From: Marinoscillum sp. | Lineage (GTDB): Bacteria > Bacteroidota > Bacteroidia > Cytophagales > MED-G16 | Direction of reading: 5' to 3' | Length of the DNA: 60,978 nt | Assembly (NCBI GenBank): GCA_042095375.1 | Contig: JBELBJ010000002.1 | Span: 1 to 60,978, forward strand | In this document: positions 39,869 to 49,398 of the stretch, in pieces | How positions within the stretch are numbered: the stretch's first letter is position 1 | How the letters are laid out: the number at the start of each line of letters is the position of its first letter | The notes under the pieces: generated by a model | What the model was told of the DNA's origin: nothing | The model's database searches: none | Seen by the model: only the letters and a program-made list of their open reading frames with translations | Translations under genes and position numbers: made by a program

Positions 39869-39876
39869 CAAAGATA
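39869..39876 (-). promoter_or_regulatory. -7 element (TATCTTTG) for the repeat-protein gene
   Basis: TAnnTTTG match 30 nt downstream of the purA stop and just upstream of the hairpin. Confidence 0.6.
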
Positions 39877-39905
39877 ATAAAAAATTTCTACTTATTTCGA
39901 TTTGA

Positions 39906-41171
39906 TTATACTAATACTGTTTGATTTCTGTCTGGACCTACTGAAACTAATTTAATGGGTATTTTAAGTTTATTTTCAATAAACTGAATATAATTTACTA
40001 ATTCTTTAGGGAAATTAGATTTTTCCTTACAATTAGATATATCATTCTGCCAACCATCAAATGATTCATAAATAGGTTCAATTCTGGAATCACCAATAGT
40101 AGATGGAAAATAATCGATTTCTTTTCCTTCAAATAAATATTTGGTACAAATAAAAATTTTATCAAACCCAGATAAAACATCTGCTTTCATCATAAACAAT
40201 TCTGTAACACCATTTAACATTACAGCATACTTAAGTGCTAATAAATCTAACCATCCACATCTTCTTGCTCTTCCGGTAGTAGAACCAAACTCATTTCCTT
40301 TTTTGGCTATTTTATCACCTTCTTTATTAAATAGTTCAGTAGGAAAAGGTCCTTTACCTACTCTTGTGCAATATGCCTTAAATACTCCATATACTTTTTG
40401 TACTTTTTTTGGTGAAACTCCTAATCCTATACAAGCTCCTGCAGTAGTTGTATTTGAAGAGGTGACAAAAGGATAACTACCAAAATCAATATCCAATAAT
40501 GTTCCCTGAGCTCCTTCAGCTAAAACACTTTTTTCTTTATTTAAATTTTTATTGATTAAATATTCAGTATCTGTTAAATTAAATTTTTTTAAAAAATTTA
40601 TTGAATCAAAAAATTGTTTTTCTTCATAATTAAATTCTTTTAAATTAATATCCTTAAATAAATATGAGTGCATTTTTTTTTGTTTTTCATATTTATTTTT
40701 AAAATTATCATATTTGATATCACCCACCCTTAAACCATGCCTGCCTATCTTATCTTGATATGTGGGGCCTATTCCTCTTAAAGTTGAGCCTATTTTTTTA
40801 TCCCCCTTTTTTTTTTCTAAAATTTTATCAATAAATCTATGAGATGGAGTTATCAATTGAACTTTATTAGAAATAAAAAGATTATCAAATAATTTTATTC
40901 CAAATTTTAATTCTATTTTTTCTATTTCATTCTTAAAAATTACAGGATCAAGAACAACACCATTTCCAATAATATTCAAAGAATTTTTACTAAATATTCC
41001 AGATGGAATTTGATGAAGAACATGCTTTTTATTATCAAACTCAAGAGTATGGCCCGCATTTGGCCCTCCTTGAAATCTGGCTACCAAATCATATTTATTT
41101 GAAAGATAGTCAACTACCTTACCTTTTCCTTCATCACCCCATTGTAGACCTAGCAAAACATCTAAAGACAT
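39906..41171 (-). CDS. purA: Adenylosuccinate synthetase
   Basis: GLQWGDEGKGK, GPNAGHT, AEGAQGTLLDIDFGSYPFVTSS and EFGSTTGRARRCGW. Start placed at MSLDVLLG (41171), not 41204, to avoid overlapping fur. Confidence 0.97.
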   Translation of the reverse strand: MSLDVLLGLQWGDEGKGKVVDYLSNKYDLVARFQGGPNAGHTLEFDNKKHVLHQIPSGIFSKNSLNIIGNGVVLDPVIFKNEIEKIELKFGIKLFDNLFISNKVQLITPSHRFIDKILEKKKGDKKIGSTLRGIGPTYQDKIGRHGLRVGDIKYDNFKNKYEKQKKMHSYLFKDINLKEFNYEEKQFFDSINFLKKFNLTDTEYLINKNLNKEKSVLAEGAQGTLLDIDFGSYPFVTSSNTTTAGACIGLGVSPKKVQKVYGVFKAYCTRVGKGPFPTELFNKEGDKIAKKGNEFGSTTGRARRCGWLDLLALKYAVMLNGVTELFMMKADVLSGFDKIFICTKYLFEGKEIDYFPSTIGDSRIEPIYESFDGWQNDISNCKEKSNFPKELVNYIQFIENKLKIPIKLVSVGPDRNQTVLV

Positions 41172-41175
41172 TATC

Positions 41176-41619
41176 TTAACTTTTCTTTTTCTTTTTCTTA
41201 CCAAAAAAATATAGAGAATGATTTTCTATTTCTACATCATAAATTTTCTCTATTGAATTTTTTATTAGTTGTATTCTAGGATCACAAAATTCTAATATTT
41301 CATCATTATCTAAAATCAAATGATCATGTTGTGTGTACCCAAAAGACTTTTCATATTTAAATGTATTATTCTTAAATATATGTTTAGTTACAAGATCAAG
41401 CTCAACAAGTAAATCAAGTGTATTATAAATAGTAGCTCTACTTACGCTGAATTTACTTTTCTTCATTTTATTATATAACTCATCGGCATCAAAATGATGA
41501 TTAAAACCATAAACTTCTTCTAGTATCGCATATCTCTCTGGAGTCTTCCTCTGTTTTTTTAATTCTATGTGATTATCAAGAATCTTTTTAATTTGATCCA
41601 TTATTTTACTCTGATCCAT
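41176..41619 (-). CDS. fur: Fur-family transcriptional regulator (Bacteroidota type)
   Basis: RKTPERYAIL, HFDADEL, SRATIYNTL, QHDHLI and EFCDPRI. Confidence 0.85.
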   Translation of the reverse strand: MDQSKIMDQIKKILDNHIELKKQRKTPERYAILEEVYGFNHHFDADELYNKMKKSKFSVSRATIYNTLDLLVELDLVTKHIFKNNTFKYEKSFGYTQHDHLILDNDEILEFCDPRIQLIKNSIEKIYDVEIENHSLYFFGKKKKKKS

Positions 41620-41640
41620 TTCTTTAAATACTAAAATGTT

Positions 41641-43836
41641 TTATTCCTCAAATCTAGATACTTTAATTACATTTCTTACCTTTTGAAGTTTTTTTATTAG
41701 TCTTAAAAGATGAATTGTATTATTTACATATAATTGTATCTTTCCTTCAAAAACACCAGTATTAGAATTAATAGATATTGATTTCATGTTAACTTTTAAC
41801 TCAGATGAAATAATCTTTGAAATATCATCAATAATACCAACCCTATCAGTACCTTTAATTTTTAGTGAACTTAAAAAAGAAATTTCATTTTTTGAATACC
41901 ACTTTGCTTTTAAAATTCTATAAGCATACTTTGATAATAATTCTGGTGAATTTTTACAATTTGTCCTATGAATTTTGACACCATCTTTTATTGTTATAAA
42001 ACCAAATACATCATCACCTGGTATTGGATTACAACATTCAGAAAATTTATAATCCATCAAACCAACTCTATCGTCTAGTACAATGTAATTATCATTATCA
42101 AATTTTTTTGGAGTTTTCTTAGATTTATTATTTGACTTTATTTTAGTTTTTTTCTTTTCCAGACCAATTGATTCTTTATAGTTCTTTAAAGCTTTTAAAG
42201 CAATTTTATCTTTTCCAATATCAAAATAAAAATCAACAACATTTTTATAACCAAAATAATTAGCAATTGGAGAAATATTTTTTTCAAAATCAATATTTAA
42301 ATTATTCAATTTTCTTTTTAAGATCTCTTTACCATATGAAAAGAAGTTTTTTTGATTTTTATTAAAACTTTGTTTAATAGCTGATTTAGATTTAGAACTT
42401 ACAACAATATTCAACCAATCTTCTGAGGGTTTTTGATTTTTAGATGTTAAAATATTAATTTGATCACCATTCTTAACTATATGGTTTAATGGAACTAATT
42501 TTTGATTAATTTTACCACCTATACACTTGAAGCCTATTTCAGAATGAATTGCAAATGCGAAGTCTAAAACAGTTGAATTAAAAGGAAGGGTTATTAAATC
42601 TCCCTTAGGAGTAAATACAAATACCTCATCATTATAAAGTTCACCTTTAAAATCTTCCAGTAGCTCTAGTGCATTTGAATCATTTTGATCTAGGAATTCT
42701 CTAACATTATTAATCCATTTTTCTAACTTACTATCAATTTTCAAGTTTTCTTTATACTTCCAGTGAGCTGCAAATCCCTTTTCAGCAATATCATCCATTC
42801 TTTGAGTTCTAATCTGAACTTCAACCCATTTCCCTGTATTACTCATAACTGTAGTATGAAGAGATTCATATCCATTACTTTTAGGAGTTGAAACCCAATC
42901 CTTTAATCTATCGGGATTTGGTTGGTAGCAATCAGTAACTATTGAATAAATCTTCCAGCAAACGGACTTTTCTTCAACTAATGGAGCGTCTATTATTATT
43001 CTGATTGCAAATAAATCATAAACTTCTTCAAAAGTAATATCTTGCTTTTTCATTTTATTATAAATTGAAAATATAGATTTAGGGCGACCAAAAATTTTGA
43101 TTTTTTTATCTAAATCTTGAGTTCTTTTTTTAATTGGTCTTATAAATGATTTTATGAATTTATCTCTTTTTTCTTTAGATGAACTAAGTTTTTTAACAAT
43201 AGAAATATAATCTTTGTTATTAGTATACTTTAAATATAAATCTTCCAATTCAGTCTTAATTGAAAAAATTCCTAATCTATGAGCGAGTGGAGCATAGATA
43301 TATATACTTTCTGATGCAATTTTAATTTGAGATTTTCTATTCATACTATCCAACGTTCTCATGTTATGAAGTCTATCGGCCAATTTTATTAAAATAACTC
43401 TTAGATCATCTGAAATTGTAAGAATCATTTTTTTAAAATTTTCAGCCTGTTTTGAGATTTCAGGACTAAAAAACCCAGATATTTTTGTCAATCCATCACA
43501 AATTTTAGAAACTGGCTTACCAAATTCCTTTTCTAAGTACTCAAGCGATAGGTCGGTATCTTCTACTACATCATGTAATAATGCGCAAATTATAGATGTA
43601 GAATCTAAACCTAATTCTTTAATACAAATTTGAGCAACAGTTAAAGGATGTAAAATATATGGTTCTCCAGATTTTCTTCTCATATTTTTGTGAGCTTCTA
43701 AAGAAATTTTAAATGCTTTTTTAATAAGAACCAAGTCATCTTTATTAATTACATTTTGAGAATATCTAAGTAATTTTCTATAATCACGTAGAATAAGTTT
43801 TTTGTCTAGCTCCTCACTAATATTATTAGATTTCAT
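41641..43836 (-). CDS. spoT: Long RelA/SpoT homologue ((p)ppGpp synthetase/hydrolase)
   Basis: RKSGEPY..HP, LLHDVVED (HD domain), KLADRLHNMRTL, GRPKSIFSI, YESLHTT, EVQIRT, and TGS and ACT domains. Confidence 0.95.
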   Translation of the reverse strand: MKSNNISEELDKKLILRDYRKLLRYSQNVINKDDLVLIKKAFKISLEAHKNMRRKSGEPYILHPLTVAQICIKELGLDSTSIICALLHDVVEDTDLSLEYLEKEFGKPVSKICDGLTKISGFFSPEISKQAENFKKMILTISDDLRVILIKLADRLHNMRTLDSMNRKSQIKIASESIYIYAPLAHRLGIFSIKTELEDLYLKYTNNKDYISIVKKLSSSKEKRDKFIKSFIRPIKKRTQDLDKKIKIFGRPKSIFSIYNKMKKQDITFEEVYDLFAIRIIIDAPLVEEKSVCWKIYSIVTDCYQPNPDRLKDWVSTPKSNGYESLHTTVMSNTGKWVEVQIRTQRMDDIAEKGFAAHWKYKENLKIDSKLEKWINNVREFLDQNDSNALELLEDFKGELYNDEVFVFTPKGDLITLPFNSTVLDFAFAIHSEIGFKCIGGKINQKLVPLNHIVKNGDQINILTSKNQKPSEDWLNIVVSSKSKSAIKQSFNKNQKNFFSYGKEILKRKLNNLNIDFEKNISPIANYFGYKNVVDFYFDIGKDKIALKALKNYKESIGLEKKKTKIKSNNKSKKTPKKFDNDNYIVLDDRVGLMDYKFSECCNPIPGDDVFGFITIKDGVKIHRTNCKNSPELLSKYAYRILKAKWYSKNEISFLSSLKIKGTDRVGIIDDISKIISSELKVNMKSISINSNTGVFEGKIQLYVNNTIHLLRLIKKLQKVRNVIKVSRFEE

Positions 43837-43894
43837 TGAAAAAAATTTCTAATTGAAATTTAATCTAATTTTTTTCATTAAAATAATTTATTTC

Positions 43895-43902
43895 TACATT
43901 TG
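43895..43902 (+). promoter_or_regulatory. -7 element (TACATTTG) for tRNA-Leu-tig-clpP
   Basis: TAnnTTTG match 13 nt upstream of the tRNA 5' end. Confidence 0.7.
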
Positions 43903-43915
43903 CTGTCCAATAAAA

Positions 43916-43997
43916 GCGGATGTGGCGAAATTGGTAGACGCACTAGACTTAGGATCTAGCGCCGAAAGGCATGGGGGTTCGAGTCCCTCCATCCGCA
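43916..43997 (+). tRNA. tRNA-Leu (anticodon TAG), CCA not encoded
   Basis: Acceptor stem GCGGATG/CATCCGC, D-loop TGGTAGAC, anticodon arm CTAGA-CTTAGGA-TCTAG, long variable arm, and T-loop GGTTCGAGTCC. Confidence 0.97.
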
Positions 43998-44014
43998 CTA
44001 TAAAATTTTAATAT

Positions 44015-45361
44015 ATGAATATTTCTATTACTAAAAAATCAACAACTGAGTCAATTATTAAAATAAAAATTGTTCCAAGTGATTATTTAAATAAAATTGA
44101 TAATAAGATTAATGAGATAAAACCAAAACTTAATTTAAAGGGCTTTAGACCTGGAAAAGTCCCAGCACAACTTATAAAAAAAATGTATGGAAAAAGCATA
44201 TTAATTGAAGAGATTAATAAATTAACAAGTCATGAATTAACAAATTATATAAGAGAAAAGAAAATTAATATGATAGGCGAACCAGTTCCAGATAAATCAG
44301 ATGAAACAAAAATAAATTGGGAAAAAGAAACCGATTTTGAATTCAAATTTAGAATTGGCATGGTAAGCGAATTTAAATTAGAAAAATTTTCTAAAAGTAT
44401 AAAATTTAATAAATATGATATTAAAATTGATAAAAAAATAATGAATGAAACTATAGAAAATTTACAAAATCAATTTCCAGTATTTGTTGATATAAAAGAA
44501 GTTAAAAATGATTCTATAGTTGAAGGGAAAATTATTAATTCTAAAGAATATCAAAAACAAAATTTAAAATTGTTTTTAAAATCATTAAATCAAAATGAAA
44601 TTAAAAAAATTTTAAAGAAAAAAATTGGTAATAAAGTTGATCTTTCATTGTACAAATTGTGTGATTCAAATATCCATCAGCTAAATCAAATGTTTCAAAC
44701 AAACCTTAAATCAATTAATGAATTTGAGGATAAGATAGGTTTTCAAATTGATAAAATTTCTACACAAAAACCTTCAGATATCAATAATGAATTATTTGAA
44801 AAAGTATTTGGAAAAGGAAACATCAAAAATAAAACAGAATTTGAGAATAAAATTAAAGAATCTATAAAATCAAATTACGATAGAGAGAGTGAAATGCTTT
44901 TGAATAGATCTATTCAAAAGCAAATTACAAATAAACATAGTATCTCGATCCCTGATGAATTTTTAAAAAATTGGATTCAAAAGAATAATGATAAAAAATC
45001 ATCAGATGAAATAATTAATAAAAATTATAAAAATTATTGCCAGGAATTAAAATGGACATTTATTGTTGATAAAATTGTAGAAAAAGAAAGCATTAAAGTA
45101 GAAAATAATGAAATTGAAGAAGCTGCTAAAAATCAAATAAGATATCAACTAGCGTCCTCAGGAATTCAAAACCCAGAAAAGGAGTTAGATAAATTTGTAA
45201 AAAGTTATTTAGGTCAAAAAAATGGTGACAACTATTTTAAAATACAAAATCAATTAAAATCAGATAAAGCAATGAATGCGATTAAAAAAAGAATATCTAT
45301 CTCAAATAAAAATATTACTTTTGATAAATTTAAATCTTTATCAATAAAAGAATTAAAATAA
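44015..45361 (+). CDS. tig: Trigger factor
   Basis: Ribosome-binding motif KGFRPGKVP; position between tRNA-Leu and clpP. Confidence 0.9.
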   Translation: MNISITKKSTTESIIKIKIVPSDYLNKIDNKINEIKPKLNLKGFRPGKVPAQLIKKMYGKSILIEEINKLTSHELTNYIREKKINMIGEPVPDKSDETKINWEKETDFEFKFRIGMVSEFKLEKFSKSIKFNKYDIKIDKKIMNETIENLQNQFPVFVDIKEVKNDSIVEGKIINSKEYQKQNLKLFLKSLNQNEIKKILKKKIGNKVDLSLYKLCDSNIHQLNQMFQTNLKSINEFEDKIGFQIDKISTQKPSDINNELFEKVFGKGNIKNKTEFENKIKESIKSNYDRESEMLLNRSIQKQITNKHSISIPDEFLKNWIQKNNDKKSSDEIINKNYKNYCQELKWTFIVDKIVEKESIKVENNEIEEAAKNQIRYQLASSGIQNPEKELDKFVKSYLGQKNGDNYFKIQNQLKSDKAMNAIKKRISISNKNITFDKFKSLSIKELK

Positions 45362-45388
45362 TTTATCTTTAACATTAAATTTTAGTAA

Positions 45389-46063
45389 ATGAATATCAAA
45401 AAAGAGTTTAGGGATTATGTTGTAAAAGACAAAAATATTAGTGGTCATGTATTTGATTCATATGTTGAAAAAGTTGAAAATATGACAAGAGCGGTAATTG
45501 AAGAAAGACCAACTAATTTTAGAGAAATTGATGTTTTTTCTAGACTAATTATGGATCGAATTATTTTTTTAGGTATGCAAGTAGAAGAAAATATATCAAA
45601 TATAATTACAGCCCAATTACTATTTTTAGAATCAGTAGATTCAAAAAAAGATATTTTATTATATATAAATAGCCCAGGTGGTTCTGTTTATGCAGGCCTA
45701 GGTATATATGATACTATGCAATATGTATCGCCAGATGTGGCAACTATTTGTACTGGAATGGCAGCTTCAATGGGTGCAGTTTTACTTGCAGGAGGTGCTA
45801 AAAATAAAAGATCTGCTTTAAAACATTCTAGAATTATGATCCATCAACCAAGTGGAGGAATGCATGGCCAATCAAAAGATATGGAAATCAGTCTAAAACA
45901 AATGCAAGAACTAAGAAAAGATATATACACAATTTTATCTGACCATACTGGTAAGACATATAATCAAATTGAAAAGGATTCTGATAGGGATAAATGGATG
46001 CGGGCTGAAGAAGCTAAAAAGTATGGATTAATTGATGAAATTTTAATTAGAAAGGTAAAGTAA
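45389..46063 (+). CDS. clpP: ATP-dependent Clp protease proteolytic subunit
   Basis: DVFSRLIMDRIIFLG, YINSPGGSV, catalytic Ser in AASMGA, His in MIHQP, and DRDKW. Confidence 0.97.
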   Translation: MNIKKEFRDYVVKDKNISGHVFDSYVEKVENMTRAVIEERPTNFREIDVFSRLIMDRIIFLGMQVEENISNIITAQLLFLESVDSKKDILLYINSPGGSVYAGLGIYDTMQYVSPDVATICTGMAASMGAVLLAGGAKNKRSALKHSRIMIHQPSGGMHGQSKDMEISLKQMQELRKDIYTILSDHTGKTYNQIEKDSDRDKWMRAEEAKKYGLIDEILIRKVK

Positions 46064-46065
46064 AT

Positions 46066-47172
46066 TTATTTTTCCATAATATGTGAAGCAATTTTAGAAA
46101 TCACATTTCTTTTATTTAAAGTTCTAATTATCTCTTTATATCCATTTTTAATTCTTTTATTATAACTATTATCTGAAACTATCTTAATTATTTCCTTTTT
46201 GACTGTTTTTGAATTAAAGTCTTTTTGAATAAACTCTTTTATTAATGGTTTATTAAGTATCAGGTTAACTAAAGAAATATATTTAACTTTTACTAACATT
46301 CTAGCAATAAGATATGTTATATAAGAGGTTTTGTAAACTACTATTTGAGGAACATTTAATAAGGCAACTTCTAAACTAGCTGTTCCAGAAACAGTAACTG
46401 TAACATCAGATTGTTTTACTAGATCATAAGTTCTACCAGTAATTAGTTTAACATTTTTTAAATTTTTAATAGGTTCATAAAGTTTACTATCAATATGATC
46501 AACATATGAAACAAAAAATAAATTATCTGGCATTGAACAAATTATTTTTTTGAAAATTGGAATCGAATTATAAACTTCAGAAACTCTACTTCCAGGCAAT
46601 AATGATATAGTATTTTTATAGTTAGATTTAAATTCAATTATTTTGAATTTATGTTCATCAATTATTGAATATAATGGGTTGCCATAATAAAAAATTTTTA
46701 AATTGTAATTTTTATAAAAATCCATTTCAAATGGTAATATTGAAAATGTGATATCTACATATTTTTTAATTTGATAAATTCTTTTTGTGTTCCATGCCCA
46801 AACTTTTGGAGGTATTAAATAAATCACTTTCATACCTTTTTTTTTACAATATTTTGCAAGTCTCAAATTAAAACCAGGAAAGTCAATCAATATTACAACA
46901 CTTGGTTTAGTTTCATCCAAATGTTTTTTAAATAAATTTATCTTATTTAAAAAAATATGAAAATTTTTAATTACCTCATAAAAACCCATAAAATTATAGG
47001 ATCTGTAATGCTGTAAAAGTTTTCCTCCAGCTTTTTTCATTTTATCACCACCCCAATAATTTATTATTGCATTTGGATTAATATTCAGTATTTCCTTGAT
47101 TAATTTACCACCATATAGATCTCCAGATTTTTCACCAGCAATTAAAAAAAATTTATTAGCGCTCTGGTCCAT
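46066..47172 (-). CDS. lpxB: Lipid-A-disaccharide synthase
   Basis: IAGEKSGDLYG, LIDFPGFNL, PPKVWAW, LLPGSRVSE, SGTASLE and ISLVNLI. Start placed at MDQSANKF. Confidence 0.93.
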   Translation of the reverse strand: MDQSANKFFLIAGEKSGDLYGGKLIKEILNINPNAIINYWGGDKMKKAGGKLLQHYRSYNFMGFYEVIKNFHIFLNKINLFKKHLDETKPSVVILIDFPGFNLRLAKYCKKKGMKVIYLIPPKVWAWNTKRIYQIKKYVDITFSILPFEMDFYKNYNLKIFYYGNPLYSIIDEHKFKIIEFKSNYKNTISLLPGSRVSEVYNSIPIFKKIICSMPDNLFFVSYVDHIDSKLYEPIKNLKNVKLITGRTYDLVKQSDVTVTVSGTASLEVALLNVPQIVVYKTSYITYLIARMLVKVKYISLVNLILNKPLIKEFIQKDFNSKTVKKEIIKIVSDNSYNKRIKNGYKEIIRTLNKRNVISKIASHIMEK

Positions 47173-47584
47173 AATATTCAACTGAATTTTTTGGAGTTTC
47201 ATAAAGTTTAATACAATGTAAAAAACAATTGCAATCTTCTAAAGATGAAATTTTTTTATCTAAAATATTCCAAAACTCTATAACAACATTTTCGGTAGAT
47301 GTAATTTTATTTTTTAAAAACGGGACATCTAAATTTAGATTTTTATGATCAACTTTACTTATTATTTCATCATTAATTATTTCAGATAAAAGCTTTAAGT
47401 TAATAACCATTCCATCATCATTGTTAAGTTTTCCTTTTATTGTAACAAACAATTCATAATTATGACCATGCCAATTTTCATTCGAACAATCACCGTATAC
47501 TTGAAAATTTTTTTCTTTTGACCACGATGGATTATATAGTTTATGGGCTGCGTTAAAATGCTCTTTTCTAGTTAAATAAATCAT
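47156..47584 (-). CDS. queD: 6-carboxytetrahydropterin / 6-pyruvoyltetrahydropterin synthase
   Basis: FNAAHKL, C..ENWHGHNY, DHKNLN, STENVV and LYETPKN. Confidence 0.88.
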   Translation of the reverse strand: MIYLTRKEHFNAAHKLYNPSWSKEKNFQVYGDCSNENWHGHNYELFVTIKGKLNNDDGMVINLKLLSEIINDEIISKVDHKNLNLDVPFLKNKITSTENVVIEFWNILDKKISSLEDCNCFLHCIKLYETPKNSVEYYGPER

Positions 47585-48066
47585 AATAAATATCCTTCAT
47601 TTTTTTTAAAATCAATTTTGACATGTTCATTAATTGTAGTATTTAATTTTACTCCACTATATTTTGCGAGAATAGGAAAGTTTTTGTGACTTCTATCTAC
47701 CAAAACTGCTACTTCTATTTTTTTTGGATAAAAAGGTAAAATTAAATTAATTGAATACGCAATTGTTTTACCTGAATTAAGAACGTCATCAACTATAATA
47801 ACAACTTTTTCATTTAAAGAATCTCTTATTAAATCTAATTTGTTGGATTTAGAATTATCAACATCTATCTTAAGTTTATAGGATTCTATATCTGCTGGAA
47901 ATAGATTATCCAAATTTTTTTTAATTCTACTAGACAAAATATTTCCATTAGAATTTATCCCAAATAATACAACTTTTTTTTCTTCTAAATTGTTTTCATA
48001 TAATTCATATGAAAGCCTTTTTATTTTTTGACTTATTTGATTTGAATTTAGGATTATATTCGACAT
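47581..48066 (-). CDS. PyrR-like type I phosphoribosyltransferase
   Basis: PRPP loop IVDDVLNSGKT and AVLVDRSHKNFPI. Confidence 0.85.
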   Translation of the reverse strand: MSNIILNSNQISQKIKRLSYELYENNLEEKKVVLFGINSNGNILSSRIKKNLDNLFPADIESYKLKIDVDNSKSNKLDLIRDSLNEKVVIIVDDVLNSGKTIAYSINLILPFYPKKIEVAVLVDRSHKNFPILAKYSGVKLNTTINEHVKIDFKKNEGYLL

Positions 48067-48136
48067 GAAACTAAAATATTAAATATATAATTATTGATTG
48101 GCAAATATTATTATAATAGTATAAAGAACTATATAG

Positions 48137-49321
48137 TTACCTCATTTTTTTTAGAAAAATCCGTGAATCAGCATTTATTTTTTCACTTCTCTTGGTCAAT
48201 TTCATAACTTTATTAAAATATCTCTTTGCAGAGTAATAGTTCTTTTCATCATAAGCAAATTTTCCTAAAGAAAAGTATGAATGTAAAGTGTAACCCATTT
48301 TTTCAGCATTAATTATTTTAGCCATTTCAATGGATTCATTATAAAATTTTTTTGATAAATTGATTTCTGATTTACTATTATATATTTCTCCTAAAAAAAA
48401 GGCAGCTTGTCTTACTAAATTATGTTTATATCCGTATTTATTTTTTTTAAAATTTTCAATAATAATTAATGACTCTTTCTCACACTCATTAAATCTTCCT
48501 GATCGATATAGCAGTGAATTATTAACACCATGAAAAATAGAGTTGTTTGGAAATAAATCAGACAAATAATTAGATAATTGAAAAGACTTAGAAATACTAT
48601 TCTCTTGAGACAAAATTTTCATTAAAAAAAATTGAGCTTCAGTCCTTGTATAAAAAGAATTTTTTGCTGCATTATCTAATTGAGAAATTCCCTTTTTCTT
48701 ATCACCTTTTGGAAATAATCTAATTATCGGTTTTAATAATGGATATTCTTCTGCTACCCATATTGAATAGTAATTAAAGAGCCCATTTCCAAATGAAATT
48801 TCTGGAATAAAATTTTCTTCACCTTTCACCTCTTTTAGAAATTTGAGAGCGTTCCTTCCTGAAAATGCAGCTTTTCTCCATTTTTTTCTCTCTGAAAGTA
48901 ATCTTCCTTTAAATCCATAAGATGCAGCTAAAAAAAAAGCGCCTTCTATTTCATTGTAATCTTCATAAATTTTCTTCGACAAAATTATTGAAGTATCCAT
49001 TAAAAATAAAAACTGATTATCTAAACTTTTATTTTCTAAATCTGGAGCAATTTTCCACCATGTGCTTAATCCAAGTAGAAAATATGGAAGTGGGTGCCAA
49101 CCAAATTCTTGGATTAACCAATTAAATTGTTTGTCCGATTTTTCAAATTGAAAATCATACATTAAATTGATAGCTTCAGTAGTTTCTATCTGAATATCAA
49201 TATTTAATAAAAGTGGTATAGAATCATAATCAGCTTTTGTTGCGTATATATTTTTTTCTATTGAAAAGAATAAAAATAATATCAATATGAAAAAAAAAGA
49301 TTTAAATTTTCTAAAAAACAT
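48137..49321 (-). CDS. Exported TPR-like helical-repeat protein of unknown function
   Basis: N-terminal hydrophobic segment and TPR-like helices (AAFFLGEIY...A..FY, SYFSLGKFAY...AKRYF). Confidence 0.6.
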   Translation of the reverse strand: MFFRKFKSFFFILILFLFFSIEKNIYATKADYDSIPLLLNIDIQIETTEAINLMYDFQFEKSDKQFNWLIQEFGWHPLPYFLLGLSTWWKIAPDLENKSLDNQFLFLMDTSIILSKKIYEDYNEIEGAFFLAASYGFKGRLLSERKKWRKAAFSGRNALKFLKEVKGEENFIPEISFGNGLFNYYSIWVAEEYPLLKPIIRLFPKGDKKKGISQLDNAAKNSFYTRTEAQFFLMKILSQENSISKSFQLSNYLSDLFPNNSIFHGVNNSLLYRSGRFNECEKESLIIIENFKKNKYGYKHNLVRQAAFFLGEIYNSKSEINLSKKFYNESIEMAKIINAEKMGYTLHSYFSLGKFAYDEKNYYSAKRYFNKVMKLTKRSEKINADSRIFLKKMR

Positions 49322-49398
49322 ATTTTTCGCAAATTAAGTCAAACAATAGATTATCATTAATATAATTTGTATTATTTTCGTCCATAAAAATAAAAAAA

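Noticed and set aside
41172-41204. N-terminal extension MVRKRKRKVKI of the purA ORF (and similarly MKLQKIQLNI of lpxB, 47173-47202)
   Set aside because: Both overlap the upstream gene's 3' end and precede the family-typical start, so the downstream Met is preferred.
43916-43997. tRNA-Leu as an integration site for a genomic island
   Set aside because: It is flanked by core genes (spoT, tig). I saw no integrase and no duplicated tRNA 3' end in the window.
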